A DNA stretch of 64,000 nucleotides, from contig CP186953.1 in assembly GCA_049570475.1 (NCBI GenBank), positions 1,376,001-1,440,000 of the forward strand, read 5' to 3'. Each line of letters begins with the position of its first letter. Positions within the stretch are counted from its first letter, which is position 1. Of this stretch, positions 47,767-57,276 are shown piece after piece. This DNA is from Candidatus Methanosuratincola verstraetei. GTDB lineage: Archaea > Thermoproteota > Methanomethylicia > Methanomethylicales > Methanomethylicaceae. The translations under genes and the position numbers were made by a program. The notes below the pieces were generated by a model. The model saw only the letters and a list, made by a program, of their open reading frames with translations, was not told where the DNA came from and searched no databases.

Positions 47767-49065
47767 TTGGATTGGACTGGATTGGGTTGGGTTGGGTGGG
47801 TGGTGGGTACGGAGTGGGGGCTGCTCCAGTTTGAGGTCCTCGCTGTTTTCCTGTTTGTCTACGCGGCAATCGCTCTGAGGCGCATCGGCGGCTTCAAGTT
47901 TGAGGTCTGGACGGCGATGCTCGTGGGGGCAGTCGCCCTCCTTGCTGTTGGGGCGATGGGCCTCGACGAGGCTGTAGCGGCGGTGAACGCCGAGGTCATA
48001 CTGTTCCTCTTTGGGACATTCCTGATAGTCGAGGCGATGGTCCAGGTCGGGCTCCTCCAGTACCTCGCGGTCCGGTTCCTGGCGGTGGCAGCCACCCCGA
48101 GGAGGCTCCTCCTTGCGGTGATCGCCTTCGTCGCAGCCGCCTCGGCTTTCTTCGTCAACGATGCCGTTGTGCTCGTCATGACCCCGATTGTGATCGCAGC
48201 CTGCGGGCTAGCGAAGGTGAGGAAGACTCCCTATATCCTCGCAGTCGCCTTCTCCTCCAACATTGGATCGGCCCTCACCCCGATTGGGAACCCGCAGAAC
48301 GTCCTGATCAAGATAGAGTCCGGCGTCAACACCCTCCTTTTCATGGAGCGGATGGCAGTGCCTGTTGCCCTCGGCTGCGCCGCCGAGTTCCTAGTCCTTT
48401 CTCTCGCCTACAGGAAGGACCTGGGCGGGAGCTTCGATGTCTCGCTCCCGGATCCGCGGAGGATGCTCTCCTCGAGGGAGGAGGCGGCAAGGGTCGGCGC
48501 GGTGGCAGCCGTGACGGTGATCGCATTCCTATCTGCGGACACAATAGGCTGGCCGATCGCCCTGGTAGCCTTAGCCGGCGGGACAGCCGCCCTCCTCATC
48601 TCGAAGGACAGGCGCCAGGCGTTGAGGGGCGTTGACTGGGGAACGATTGTTTTCTTCGCCTCGATGTTCGTAGTGATGGCTGGAGTCGAGAAGAGCGGGC
48701 TCCTCTCGGCGGTCATCGACTTTTTCAGGCCCACCCTCTTCTCCCAGGGTCCGGAGTCGGTCGCCTCGATATTCGGGCTGAGCCTGGTCGCTAGCCAGAT
48801 CACCTCGAACGTCCCGTTCGTAGCGATAATGCTGCCTGCCTTCAAGGCTGCTGGCGCCACCCCATCGCAGTGGATATCCCTTGCCGCCGGGAGCACCCTG
48901 GCAGGCAACCTCACCCTGCTGGGGGCGGCGGCGAACATAATCGTCCTTGAGGCTGCCGAGAACAAGGGTGAGACGTTCTCGTTCTGGGAGTTCCTCAGGG
49001 TCGGGGCGCCGATCGCGATCTTGACTTCATCGATAGCAGTCTTGTCGCTTGGCTTTCTCCTCTAG
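47767..49065 (+). CDS. ArsB/NhaD (IT superfamily) anion permease
   Basis: 'SAFFVNDA', 'SNIGSALTPIGNPQN', 'SNVP', 'STLAGNLTLLGAAANII'. Confidence 0.88.
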   Translation: MDWTGLGWVGWVVGTEWGLLQFEVLAVFLFVYAAIALRRIGGFKFEVWTAMLVGAVALLAVGAMGLDEAVAAVNAEVILFLFGTFLIVEAMVQVGLLQYLAVRFLAVAATPRRLLLAVIAFVAAASAFFVNDAVVLVMTPIVIAACGLAKVRKTPYILAVAFSSNIGSALTPIGNPQNVLIKIESGVNTLLFMERMAVPVALGCAAEFLVLSLAYRKDLGGSFDVSLPDPRRMLSSREEAARVGAVAAVTVIAFLSADTIGWPIALVALAGGTAALLISKDRRQALRGVDWGTIVFFASMFVVMAGVEKSGLLSAVIDFFRPTLFSQGPESVASIFGLSLVASQITSNVPFVAIMLPAFKAAGATPSQWISLAAGSTLAGNLTLLGAAANIIVLEAAENKGETFSFWEFLRVGAPIAILTSSIAVLSLGFLL

Positions 49066-49174
49066 CGGTTGATGGAACCCGAGCCGCCAAGGCATGATCG
49101 TAATGCGCGCACCCCCTCCTGGAAAAGCAAGTCTTGTTCTTGTTTACGCCGGGATCCGATCGCCGCTGCAGTGC

Positions 49175-50023
49175 CTATGGTGGGCGGCTGAATGGGGATG
49201 TGCGGCCTGCTGAGAAGAGGGCGTCGATGTAGTCCCTGATGACCTTCTCGATGGACCTGTCCGAGACGTACACCATGAAGTTCTTCCTCCTCTCAGGGGG
49301 TCCGTCGAGCCCTGACCAAAGGTGGAAGAGCACCTCGCCGCTGTCCGAGAGTATGATGTTGAACGGAGCCACTGCTGCCCCGATCATGATCTCTGCCCCC
49401 TGGAGGCCGGTCCCCGAGAGGGCCTGCGCCACATCCTCGGAGACGAACGCCCTCACCCTCTTCTTCTTCGTGGTCTCGGAGATCTCGCCGATCACCCCGC
49501 CGTAGACCTCCGTCTCGAAGTGCCCCATCATCAGCCTCAGTTCTTTCTTTGCGGAGGAGACGAGCGACCTGATGCGGTTGACCATCCCGGGGACGGACCT
49601 TATGAACCATATCTCGGTGCTCTCTGCAGCCTTGGTCTCGTAGACCGGGAGTAGTTCCTTCATGAGCACCTCCTCCACCCTGCCCAGCCTCTGCTGCTGC
49701 TCCGCCCTGACGACACCGACCACCTCCGGAGGGGGCTTTGCCCTGAACCTCATCGGCCTGCTCGCGTCCACCTCGACCCATCCCCTGCGCTCGAGCTCGC
49801 CGAGGACATCGTAGACCCTGGTGTTGGGGATGCCCGTAGACTCGCTCAGCGCCTTCGCGGAGGTGGGGCCGCGGAAGACGAGCCCGAGGTACGCAAGCGC
49901 TTCGTAGTCAGTCAGCCCGGCGTCCTTCAGCGCTTGGTACGCCCCCGTCGATCGGAGCTCGTTGCCCTGCGCCCCTTGACCGCCGCCCCTGCCCCTGCCC
50001 CTGCCCGTCCCGACCGCCCCCAC
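49175..50023 (-). CDS. TrmB family transcriptional regulator
   Basis: 'GLTDYEALAYL', 'GIPNTRVYDVLGELERRGWV', 'RPMRFRAKPP'. Confidence 0.9.
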   Translation of the reverse strand: MGAVGTGRGRGRGGGQGAQGNELRSTGAYQALKDAGLTDYEALAYLGLVFRGPTSAKALSESTGIPNTRVYDVLGELERRGWVEVDASRPMRFRAKPPPEVVGVVRAEQQQRLGRVEEVLMKELLPVYETKAAESTEIWFIRSVPGMVNRIRSLVSSAKKELRLMMGHFETEVYGGVIGEISETTKKKRVRAFVSEDVAQALSGTGLQGAEIMIGAAVAPFNIILSDSGEVLFHLWSGLDGPPERRKNFMVYVSDRSIEKVIRDYIDALFSAGRTSPFSRPP

Positions 50024-50087
50024 GAAGCCTGATTTTCACTCTTTTCAGTTAATAAATTAAAATACTCCCCTCCTTTTATCTACGCCT

Positions 50088-51059
50088 ATGGATCCCTCTC
50101 TTGCGGTCGAGATCACCGGCCTCAGGAAGGTCTTCGGGACCTTCGCTGCTGTGGACGGGCTGGACCTCCGGATAAAGAAGGGAGAGATCTACGGGCTGCT
50201 CGGGCCAAATGGCGCGGGGAAGACAACGACGATCAGGATGATCTGCGGGCTGATGGCGCCCACCTCTGGGGAAATCCTGGTCTGGGGGTACAGGATGCCG
50301 ATGGAGAGGGATGCCCTGATAAGGATCACGGGCTACATGGCGCAGAAGTTCAGCCTCTACGAGGACCTGACAGTGAAGGAGAACCTCGAGTTCTACGGCA
50401 GGCTCTACGGGATCCCGAGGAAGGAGCTTGCAGAGCGGGTCTCAGAGCTCCTCTCCTTCCTCACGCTGGAGGAGTTCTCAGGGAGGCTCGCAGGCAGGCT
50501 CAGCGGGGGCATGAAGCAGCGGCTAGCCCTCGGGGTCGCGCTCATCCACCGCCCCAGGCTCCTGATACTGGACGAGCCGACCGCAGGCGTGGACCCTCCC
50601 ATCAGGAGGATGTTCTGGGAGTACCTGAGGGGGCTGAACAAGGAGTCGGTCACCATACTCGTCACGACCCACTACATGGACGAGGCTGAGAACTGCGACA
50701 GGATCGCCCTCGTCAACAGGGGGAGGGTTGTGGCCGAGGGGACCCCGCGCGATCTGAAGAGGAGGGTCTTCGGCGGAGACCTGGTCGAGGTGACCGTAAG
50801 GGGGCGCGGCGACCCCGCCTCCGCCCTGAGCTTCTGCAGGGTGATCGATCGCCAGGTGGCGGGCGAGGGTGGGCCGGATTGTGCATTGGGATCGGCGGTG
50901 AAGCTGAGGGTTCTCGCCCAAGACGCCCCCCGCGAGATCCCAGCGATGATCAGCGCACTGGAGAGGGCGGGATTCACCGTCCTATCGGCTTCGCCGACCT
51001 ACGTGACGCTCGAGGACGTTTTCATCAGCGTGGTCGAGGGGGCTGGCAGGGTTGCCTGA
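50088..51059 (+). CDS. ABC transporter ATP-binding protein
   Basis: GPNGAGKT, LSGGMKQR, LILDEPT. Confidence 0.95.
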   Translation: MDPSLAVEITGLRKVFGTFAAVDGLDLRIKKGEIYGLLGPNGAGKTTTIRMICGLMAPTSGEILVWGYRMPMERDALIRITGYMAQKFSLYEDLTVKENLEFYGRLYGIPRKELAERVSELLSFLTLEEFSGRLAGRLSGGMKQRLALGVALIHRPRLLILDEPTAGVDPPIRRMFWEYLRGLNKESVTILVTTHYMDEAENCDRIALVNRGRVVAEGTPRDLKRRVFGGDLVEVTVRGRGDPASALSFCRVIDRQVAGEGGPDCALGSAVKLRVLAQDAPREIPAMISALERAGFTVLSASPTYVTLEDVFISVVEGAGRVA

Positions 51060-52167
51060 GGGCGCGACGCCGAAGGTGATGGCTGTAGTCAGGAAGGAGC
51101 TGATACAGCTGACGAGGGACCCTAGGTCCCTTGTGATGATCGCGCTGATACCACTCGTCGTGATGCTCCTCTTCGGCATAGGGTACGGCGGATCGACCGG
51201 GAAGGTCGGGATAGTCATCGTGGACATGGACGGGGGGCAGATGGGCACCGCCCTGGTCAGCGCGATCTCAGAGACCCCGACGGTCTCCGTGAAGGCCAAT
51301 GCGCACTCGATCGAGGAGGCGCGCACGATGGTCAGCAAGGGGGTTGCGCCCGCGGCCCTCATCATCCCGGAGGGTTTCACATCCTCCCTGCTGAGCGGGA
51401 GCCCGGTCCGGGTCCTGGTGATCATCGACGAGAGCTCGCCGACGCTCGCTAGCACTGTGAAGGACTCGATGCTCGCGGTCACCTACAACTTCCAGCAGGA
51501 GTTCGCCAGGCAGGTCCACGGGCCTTCGGTCGAGCTGATCTACAACTCTGTGTATGGGCCAACCGTGACCAACTTGGAGGCCTTCACCCCCTTCGTGATA
51601 GCGCTGGTCTTGCAGCTCGTCCCGACGACCCTGATCTCGATCGCGATATGCAGGGAGAAGGAGAAGGGGACGTTCGAGCAGCTCATCATGTCCCCTGTCG
51701 GCAGGCTCGACATAATCTTCGGTAAGCTCGCAGCATACTTCATCGCTACCATCGCTGACATGCTCATCACGCTCTTCGTCGCGATAAACGTCTTCGGGGT
51801 GGTGATCAGGGGATCGATCTTTGACCTATTGCTGATCTCGACGGTATACCTGCTGGGATCGCTGGGGCTCGGGATGCTCATTTCAGTCCTGTCGAGGAAC
51901 CAGCTCCAGGCTAACCAGGCTGCCATTTTCATCTTCATACCCTTCCTGCTATTCTGCGGCGGCCTCGCCCCGGTCGAGCTCCTCTCCCCGCAGGCCGCGG
52001 CGATTGCAAACGTGAACCCCATGTACCACTTCATAATGGCTTTCAGGAGCATAATGATCAAAGGGTACGGGATCCCCCAGCTCCTCCAGCCTGTCGCGGC
52101 CCTCCTAGTTTACATGGGCGCGATGATGTCGATCGCGCCAGCCATATTAAAGTTGAGAGTGGAGTGA
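51052..52167 (+). CDS. ABC-2 permease (YbhR/YbhS-like)
   Basis: 'KELIQLTRDPR', 'REKEKGTFEQL..SP'. Confidence 0.9.
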   Translation: MPEGATPKVMAVVRKELIQLTRDPRSLVMIALIPLVVMLLFGIGYGGSTGKVGIVIVDMDGGQMGTALVSAISETPTVSVKANAHSIEEARTMVSKGVAPAALIIPEGFTSSLLSGSPVRVLVIIDESSPTLASTVKDSMLAVTYNFQQEFARQVHGPSVELIYNSVYGPTVTNLEAFTPFVIALVLQLVPTTLISIAICREKEKGTFEQLIMSPVGRLDIIFGKLAAYFIATIADMLITLFVAINVFGVVIRGSIFDLLLISTVYLLGSLGLGMLISVLSRNQLQANQAAIFIFIPFLLFCGGLAPVELLSPQAAAIANVNPMYHFIMAFRSIMIKGYGIPQLLQPVAALLVYMGAMMSIAPAILKLRVE

Positions 52168-52173
52168 TCTGCC

Positions 52174-54381
52174 ATGGAATTTGGAGAAAGAAAAAATGCG
52201 GTCTTCCTTCTGCTGCTGTTGATTGCCACGGCGGGATGCTGCCAGGGCGGCACTCAGGTCCTAGCGGCGGCGCACGACTTCGCCATCAAGGACGTCTACT
52301 GGGCAACCCCTTCCTTCCCCGAGAACAGGACGCTGGTCGTGGTCCTCTCATATTGTGGGTCATCGACTGCCGCCTCGTTGAACGCGTCGCTCGACGTCTC
52401 CCAGATTTCCGCCGACGCCCAGACCCAGGCAGTTGAGTCTTCATACAACGGCACCCTAGCCAGCGGCGACACCGTCTACCTCGAATTCGGCTTCAATGTA
52501 TCCTCCTCGGCGGTCGCGGGAAGCTACCTCCTGCCCCTCCGCGTTGAGTACCTGGTGGGGAACACAACTTCATCTTTCGAGTCCAGCGTCAGGGCGGATC
52601 TGAGGGGGAGCCCAGATATAGCGGTGGAGCCGCTGGGCACCACGCTCGTGAAAGGAGGGGTCAATGCGATCCAGATCCTCGTGGAGAACAAGGGGGACGG
52701 CCTCGCGAGGAACGTCAAGGTTGCAGTCCAGAGCCAGGACATCTACCTCACGCTCATCGGATCCAACCGCTTCGACCTCGGCGCGCTACAGCCCGGGGCT
52801 TCTGGGCTGGTCACGCTGGCCCTATTCGCGGAGAACAGCATTGGGGACGGGAGCGCCTTCTCGGTAACAGTGACGTACGACGGGGAGGACGGCACGCCTT
52901 ACACGCGCTCGATCTCGGTAGGGGTGAAGGCTGAGAGCCCGGAGGAGCCCCGCCTGGCCGCATCGGCTGGGACGACCGAGCTCATTGCGGGGGCGGTTAA
53001 CAACGTGACCCTCCTCATTTCGAACAACGGCGGATCCGCCGCAACGGACATCACTGTAAAGGTCACGCCGGTGTCCGACAGGCTGACGCTCATCGGCGCA
53101 AACTCCTTCCATCTGGGCGACCTGGCTCCAGGTCAGTCCACGGGGATCCCGATCCAGCTCTACCTTGACAAGCAGGTCTACGGCTCCCTCCGGCTCTCCG
53201 TCTCGCTCGGGTGCAGCGACTGGAGGAATGCGACTTACGCAGACACAGTCTCCATCGGCTTCATCTCAGCCGATCCCCCGGCGCCGCTCCTCGAAGTCTC
53301 GGCAAACTCATCATCGCTCAGCCCGAACTCAGTCAACCATGTAGCCTTCATAGTCAGGAACATAGGCACAGACTCTGCCCAGAACGTAACGGTCAGCCTC
53401 TTCTCCCAGTCCCCGCAGGTGGCGGTCGTCGTTGGCCCAGGCACATCGAGCGCGTGGGAGATCCCAGCCAACGGGTTCCTGAAGGCCGAGAGGGGCATCT
53501 TTGTCCAGCCCGGCGTCTTCGGGGCGGTCCCGGTGTACGTCCAGGTCCAGTACCGCGACAGGCTTGGCAACTACTACTCATACACGTCGGCGTACGGCTT
53601 TTCGGTGGCGGCAGAGCCTGAGGTGGCAGTCTCAACCGTGAGCACTATCCCATCGCCGGCATTCCCGGGTGACAAGGTGGTGAGGGTGGTCTGCCTGATC
53701 GTCAACAGCGGGAACTACACGGCTGAGAATGTGAGGATAAGGATGGGGGGAATACCCGGCGTGGTGGAGCCTTCCTACGCAGGGACTGACCGGTTCACGA
53801 TCCCATACCTGCAGGTCGGATCCTCGGTTCAGATCCAGTTCCTGGTTGACATAGCTGGAAGTGCCGCCCCGGGATACTATGAGATCCCCATCACGATCGA
53901 GACCGCCTCCGGGAACTCCACGGCATCGATCCCGCTGACGGTGAGGGAGAAGGCGCCTGTCTCAGTCGAAAGGATCTACTTCGACAGGGAGGTCACTCCA
54001 GGCGCCAGGAATGTGAAGGTCTTCGTGCAGCTCTCAAACAACGGAAGCCAGACCGCTGAGCAGCTGCGCCTCTCCCTGGTCTCAGGGTACATCACGGGAT
54101 CCACGTCCACGCTCGTCGGCAGCCTGCCGGGCAACTCCTCAAAGATCGTGATGATGGAGGTCGACGTTGACCAGAAGGTTGCGCCCGGCAGCTTGGGAGT
54201 CGACGTGGAGCTCTCCTGGGTGCAGGACGGGCGCCAGCTGAGCGATACCTCCTACCGCGACCTCCCGATTGCGCCAACCCCTGGCATTTCGCCCCTCTGG
54301 TATGCGGCTGTTGTTGTCCTAGCAGCGATCTTGGCTATCGTCTTCAGGAAGCGCCTCAGCGCAATGGTCAGGCGGCAATGA
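52174..54381 (+). CDS. COG1361-like multi-Ig/CARDB surface protein with C-terminal anchor
   Basis: Repeated 'N.G...A.NV.V' Ig-like modules; signal peptide; C-terminal TM. Confidence 0.75.
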   Translation: MEFGERKNAVFLLLLLIATAGCCQGGTQVLAAAHDFAIKDVYWATPSFPENRTLVVVLSYCGSSTAASLNASLDVSQISADAQTQAVESSYNGTLASGDTVYLEFGFNVSSSAVAGSYLLPLRVEYLVGNTTSSFESSVRADLRGSPDIAVEPLGTTLVKGGVNAIQILVENKGDGLARNVKVAVQSQDIYLTLIGSNRFDLGALQPGASGLVTLALFAENSIGDGSAFSVTVTYDGEDGTPYTRSISVGVKAESPEEPRLAASAGTTELIAGAVNNVTLLISNNGGSAATDITVKVTPVSDRLTLIGANSFHLGDLAPGQSTGIPIQLYLDKQVYGSLRLSVSLGCSDWRNATYADTVSIGFISADPPAPLLEVSANSSSLSPNSVNHVAFIVRNIGTDSAQNVTVSLFSQSPQVAVVVGPGTSSAWEIPANGFLKAERGIFVQPGVFGAVPVYVQVQYRDRLGNYYSYTSAYGFSVAAEPEVAVSTVSTIPSPAFPGDKVVRVVCLIVNSGNYTAENVRIRMGGIPGVVEPSYAGTDRFTIPYLQVGSSVQIQFLVDIAGSAAPGYYEIPITIETASGNSTASIPLTVREKAPVSVERIYFDREVTPGARNVKVFVQLSNNGSQTAEQLRLSLVSGYITGSTSTLVGSLPGNSSKIVMMEVDVDQKVAPGSLGVDVELSWVQDGRQLSDTSYRDLPIAPTPGISPLWYAAVVVLAAILAIVFRKRLSAMVRRQ

Positions 54382-54502
54382 TCGATCCCTGCGCCCGCCC
54401 CCGCCACTTTTTCCCTTCCTTCTTCCTCTCCATCCATCCCTCCCCTCCTTTTCTGCGACCAACCGGCAAGCGTTATTAAATCGCGGGAGACCAGTTTTAG
54501 CC

Positions 54503-54958
54503 ATGCCAGAACAAAATGTGGAACTTCCCGAGTCGGAGTACTCTGAGCGGCCTGGCGCAAGGGGCTTCCTTGTGCTCCTGGCAGCAAAGACCGGTAACTC
54601 TGTGCTGCTCAAAACTCGGAGGGTGCCATTCACTGTGCTTGAGATGTCAGAGGAGTCATTCCCTTCGCTCGGCGCCCCTTTGATCGATGCTGCCCGGATG
54701 ATCCTCGGCAAGACTGTCATCTCGATATCTGACAAGAAGAAGCTTTCAGGGGAGCCTTGGATCGCAAGGTACGGCAAGGCGAGCATATCCGAGGCCCTCA
54801 CCAGCCTGGTTCGGGATCTGTTCAGCGCGCTACCGCCTTCAGAGGGCGCTATCGTCCTCTCGAACCTTGGCACTGGGTGGCGCCTTGTCGGGTACAGGAT
54901 CGGCACATTGGGGATCCCCGAATCGGCTAGGGCGGATCTGAAGCGGATGATCGGTTGA
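54503..54958 (+). CDS. Hypothetical protein
   Basis: 151-aa ORF with host-like codon usage and a TATA-like element upstream. Confidence 0.55.
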   Translation: MPEQNVELPESEYSERPGARGFLVLLAAKTGNSVLLKTRRVPFTVLEMSEESFPSLGAPLIDAARMILGKTVISISDKKKLSGEPWIARYGKASISEALTSLVRDLFSALPPSEGAIVLSNLGTGWRLVGYRIGTLGIPESARADLKRMIG

Positions 54959-55046
54959 GTTGATTCAAAAGGGTCGACGCTTCTGGGAAAGCTGATCCAG
55001 CGCGCATCCATGACCTTTTATAAGCAGGCGCGCGCTTGTTATTGCT

Positions 55047-55502
55047 ATGAGTGGACGCATCTGCGGCAAGTGCGGTAGGGCCGTGCCTGGCGACTCATTA
55101 TTCTGCCCGTTCTGCGGATCCCCGGTGCAGCAGGCCCCTCCCCAGACCCAGATCTCGGCGCCGAGAAGGGACCTCGCTGGGCCGCTCTTCGGGGGCGGCG
55201 TCCTAATTGTCCTGGGGCTCTCGTTCTGGCTCGCCACTTCCGGCACGATCTCATGGGCGATATGGTGGGCATACTTCCTCTGTGGCTTGGGGGCTCTGCT
55301 GATCCTGCTCGGCATCAACAATGCAAGGTCTGGCAAAGACTCCGGGCCGATAACGGGAGGGGTCGTAATCCTCGCGATAGGGATCATCGCGATCCTCGCA
55401 TGGAGCTACTCGATCTCCAGCTGGTGGCCGCTTGTCCTGATAGCCCTCGGGCTGTTGGTGATATTCTCCGCGGTGCTGGGCCACAAGATCACGCGCCGCT
55501 GA
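55047..55502 (+). CDS. Zinc-ribbon domain membrane protein
   Basis: CGKCG..FCPFCG followed by 4 TM, ending 'WWPLVLIALG'. Confidence 0.8.
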   Translation: MSGRICGKCGRAVPGDSLFCPFCGSPVQQAPPQTQISAPRRDLAGPLFGGGVLIVLGLSFWLATSGTISWAIWWAYFLCGLGALLILLGINNARSGKDSGPITGGVVILAIGIIAILAWSYSISSWWPLVLIALGLLVIFSAVLGHKITRR

Positions 55503-55620
55503 CTGGGGAACGAACGAAGGCCCTGAACAAGTCTCCATTTTTTCATACAGGCAAGGAATCCGAAAGGGTTATTAGCGATCCATATGATGCTATTCCACTG
55601 TCGAGGGTCTGAAATGGGGG

Positions 55621-57246
55621 ATTGCCAAATCGAACTTTGTTGAGGTCTACGACACGACGCTCCGTGATGGGGCGCAGGGCAAAGACGTGAACTTCTCCCT
55701 CCAGGACAAGCTCAGGATCACCTCAAAGCTGGACGAGTTTGGGGTGTCGTTCATCGAGGGCGGATGGCCAGGGTCGAACCCGAAGGACGAGGAGTACTTC
55801 CGGGCGGTGAGGGACATCCCGCTGGAGAACGCCGAGGTGGTCGCTTTCGGGAGCACGAGGCGCACCTCGGTGAAGGCGGCAGAGGACCAGAACCTGAACG
55901 CGATCGTGGGCAGCGGGGTCAGGACCGCTACGATATTCGGGAAGTCATGGGACCTGCACGTGAGGAGCATACTCAACACGGCGCCAGAGACAAACGTGGA
56001 GATGGTCTACGACTCGGTCAGGTACCTCAGGGATCACGGGCTGCGCGTCATATTTGACGCGGAGCACTTCTACGACGGCTACAAGTCTTCCAAGGATTAC
56101 GCGATCGAAGTCGTGAAGGCTGCCCAGGACGCTGGGGCTGAGACCGTTGTCCTCTGCGACACCAACGGCGGTACGCTGCCTGCAGAGTTTGAGAGGATAA
56201 CCAGGGAAGTAGCCTCTCTCCTGAAGGCCAGGGTCGGCGTTCACTGCCACAACGACTCGGGCACCGCCGTGGCCAACTCCATTCTAGGCGTGCTTGCCGG
56301 GGCCAGGCACGTCCAGGGGACGATCAACGGAATCGGCGAGAGGTGCGGGAACGCTGACCTCTGCCAGATAATCCCTGCCCTCGAGATCAAGATGGGCTTC
56401 TCCACGTCGAGGCTCCCAGCTGGCAGGCTGAGGGGGCTCAAGTCCCTCTCCCTATACGTCTACGAGGTCCTCCACATGAGGCCGGACCCACGCCAGCCCT
56501 ACGTCGGCGAGAATGCATTCGCTCACAAGGGCGGAGTCCATGTCGACGCGGTGATGAAGAACTGCGTGGCTTACGAGCACATAGACCCATCGCTCGTCGG
56601 CAACGTCCGGATCTTCTCGGTCTCCGAGCTCTCTGGCAAGGCTAACATCATGGCAAAGATCAGGGAGTTCGGCCTGCAGGCGGACAAGAACTCGCCCGCG
56701 GTCACAGCCCTGCTGAAGAAGATCAAGGATCTCGAGTACCGCGGTTACCTTCTTGAGGGCGCCGACGCTTCGCTCTACCTGCTAATCGCTAAGGAGCTTG
56801 GGCACTACAGGAAGCTCTTCGAGGTCGTCCAGTGGAGGACGATCAGCGAGTCCCGCAACGGCGGGTTCGCTGCCGAGAGCTCCATCAAGCTCAGGGTCGG
56901 CGACCGCGAACTGTACGTCATCGAGGAGGGGAACGGCCCCGTGAACGCGCAGGACAGGGCCCTCAGGAAGGCGATGTACGGATTCTTCCCCGAGATAGAG
57001 AGGGTACAGCTTGTCAACTACAAGGTCTCAATCGCAGAGACCGCCGAGGGCACCGCCTCCTCGGTGAGGAACTTCGTCGAGTTCTCGGACGGGAGGTCGC
57101 ACTGGGTCACGGTCGGGGTATCCACGAACATACTCGAGGCCAGCAAGGAAGCGCTCGTCGACGGGTACGACTATTACCTCCAGAGGAACAGGATTTCGGG
57201 AACGGGCGATCAATCAGAAAGTGCAATAGGGAGAGATGGGGAATAA
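55621..57246 (+). CDS. cimA: Citramalate synthase (LeuA/CimA family)
   Basis: 'YDTTLRDGAQG' (upstream of the ORF-track start), 'EGGWPGSNPKD', 'FDAEHF', 'HCHND', 'GERCGNA', 'AHKGGVH', regulatory domain. Confidence 0.85.
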   Translation: MAKSNFVEVYDTTLRDGAQGKDVNFSLQDKLRITSKLDEFGVSFIEGGWPGSNPKDEEYFRAVRDIPLENAEVVAFGSTRRTSVKAAEDQNLNAIVGSGVRTATIFGKSWDLHVRSILNTAPETNVEMVYDSVRYLRDHGLRVIFDAEHFYDGYKSSKDYAIEVVKAAQDAGAETVVLCDTNGGTLPAEFERITREVASLLKARVGVHCHNDSGTAVANSILGVLAGARHVQGTINGIGERCGNADLCQIIPALEIKMGFSTSRLPAGRLRGLKSLSLYVYEVLHMRPDPRQPYVGENAFAHKGGVHVDAVMKNCVAYEHIDPSLVGNVRIFSVSELSGKANIMAKIREFGLQADKNSPAVTALLKKIKDLEYRGYLLEGADASLYLLIAKELGHYRKLFEVVQWRTISESRNGGFAAESSIKLRVGDRELYVIEEGNGPVNAQDRALRKAMYGFFPEIERVQLVNYKVSIAETAEGTASSVRNFVEFSDGRSHWVTVGVSTNILEASKEALVDGYDYYLQRNRISGTGDQSESAIGRDGE

Positions 57247-57276
57247 AAAAGGAAAAAGCCGGGGAGGAGACCAGAA

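Noticed and set aside
49984-50010. (GCCCCT)n short repeat at the trmB 5' end
   Set aside because: Only about three units, encoding a Gly-Arg linker or lying upstream of the true start; no evidence of function.
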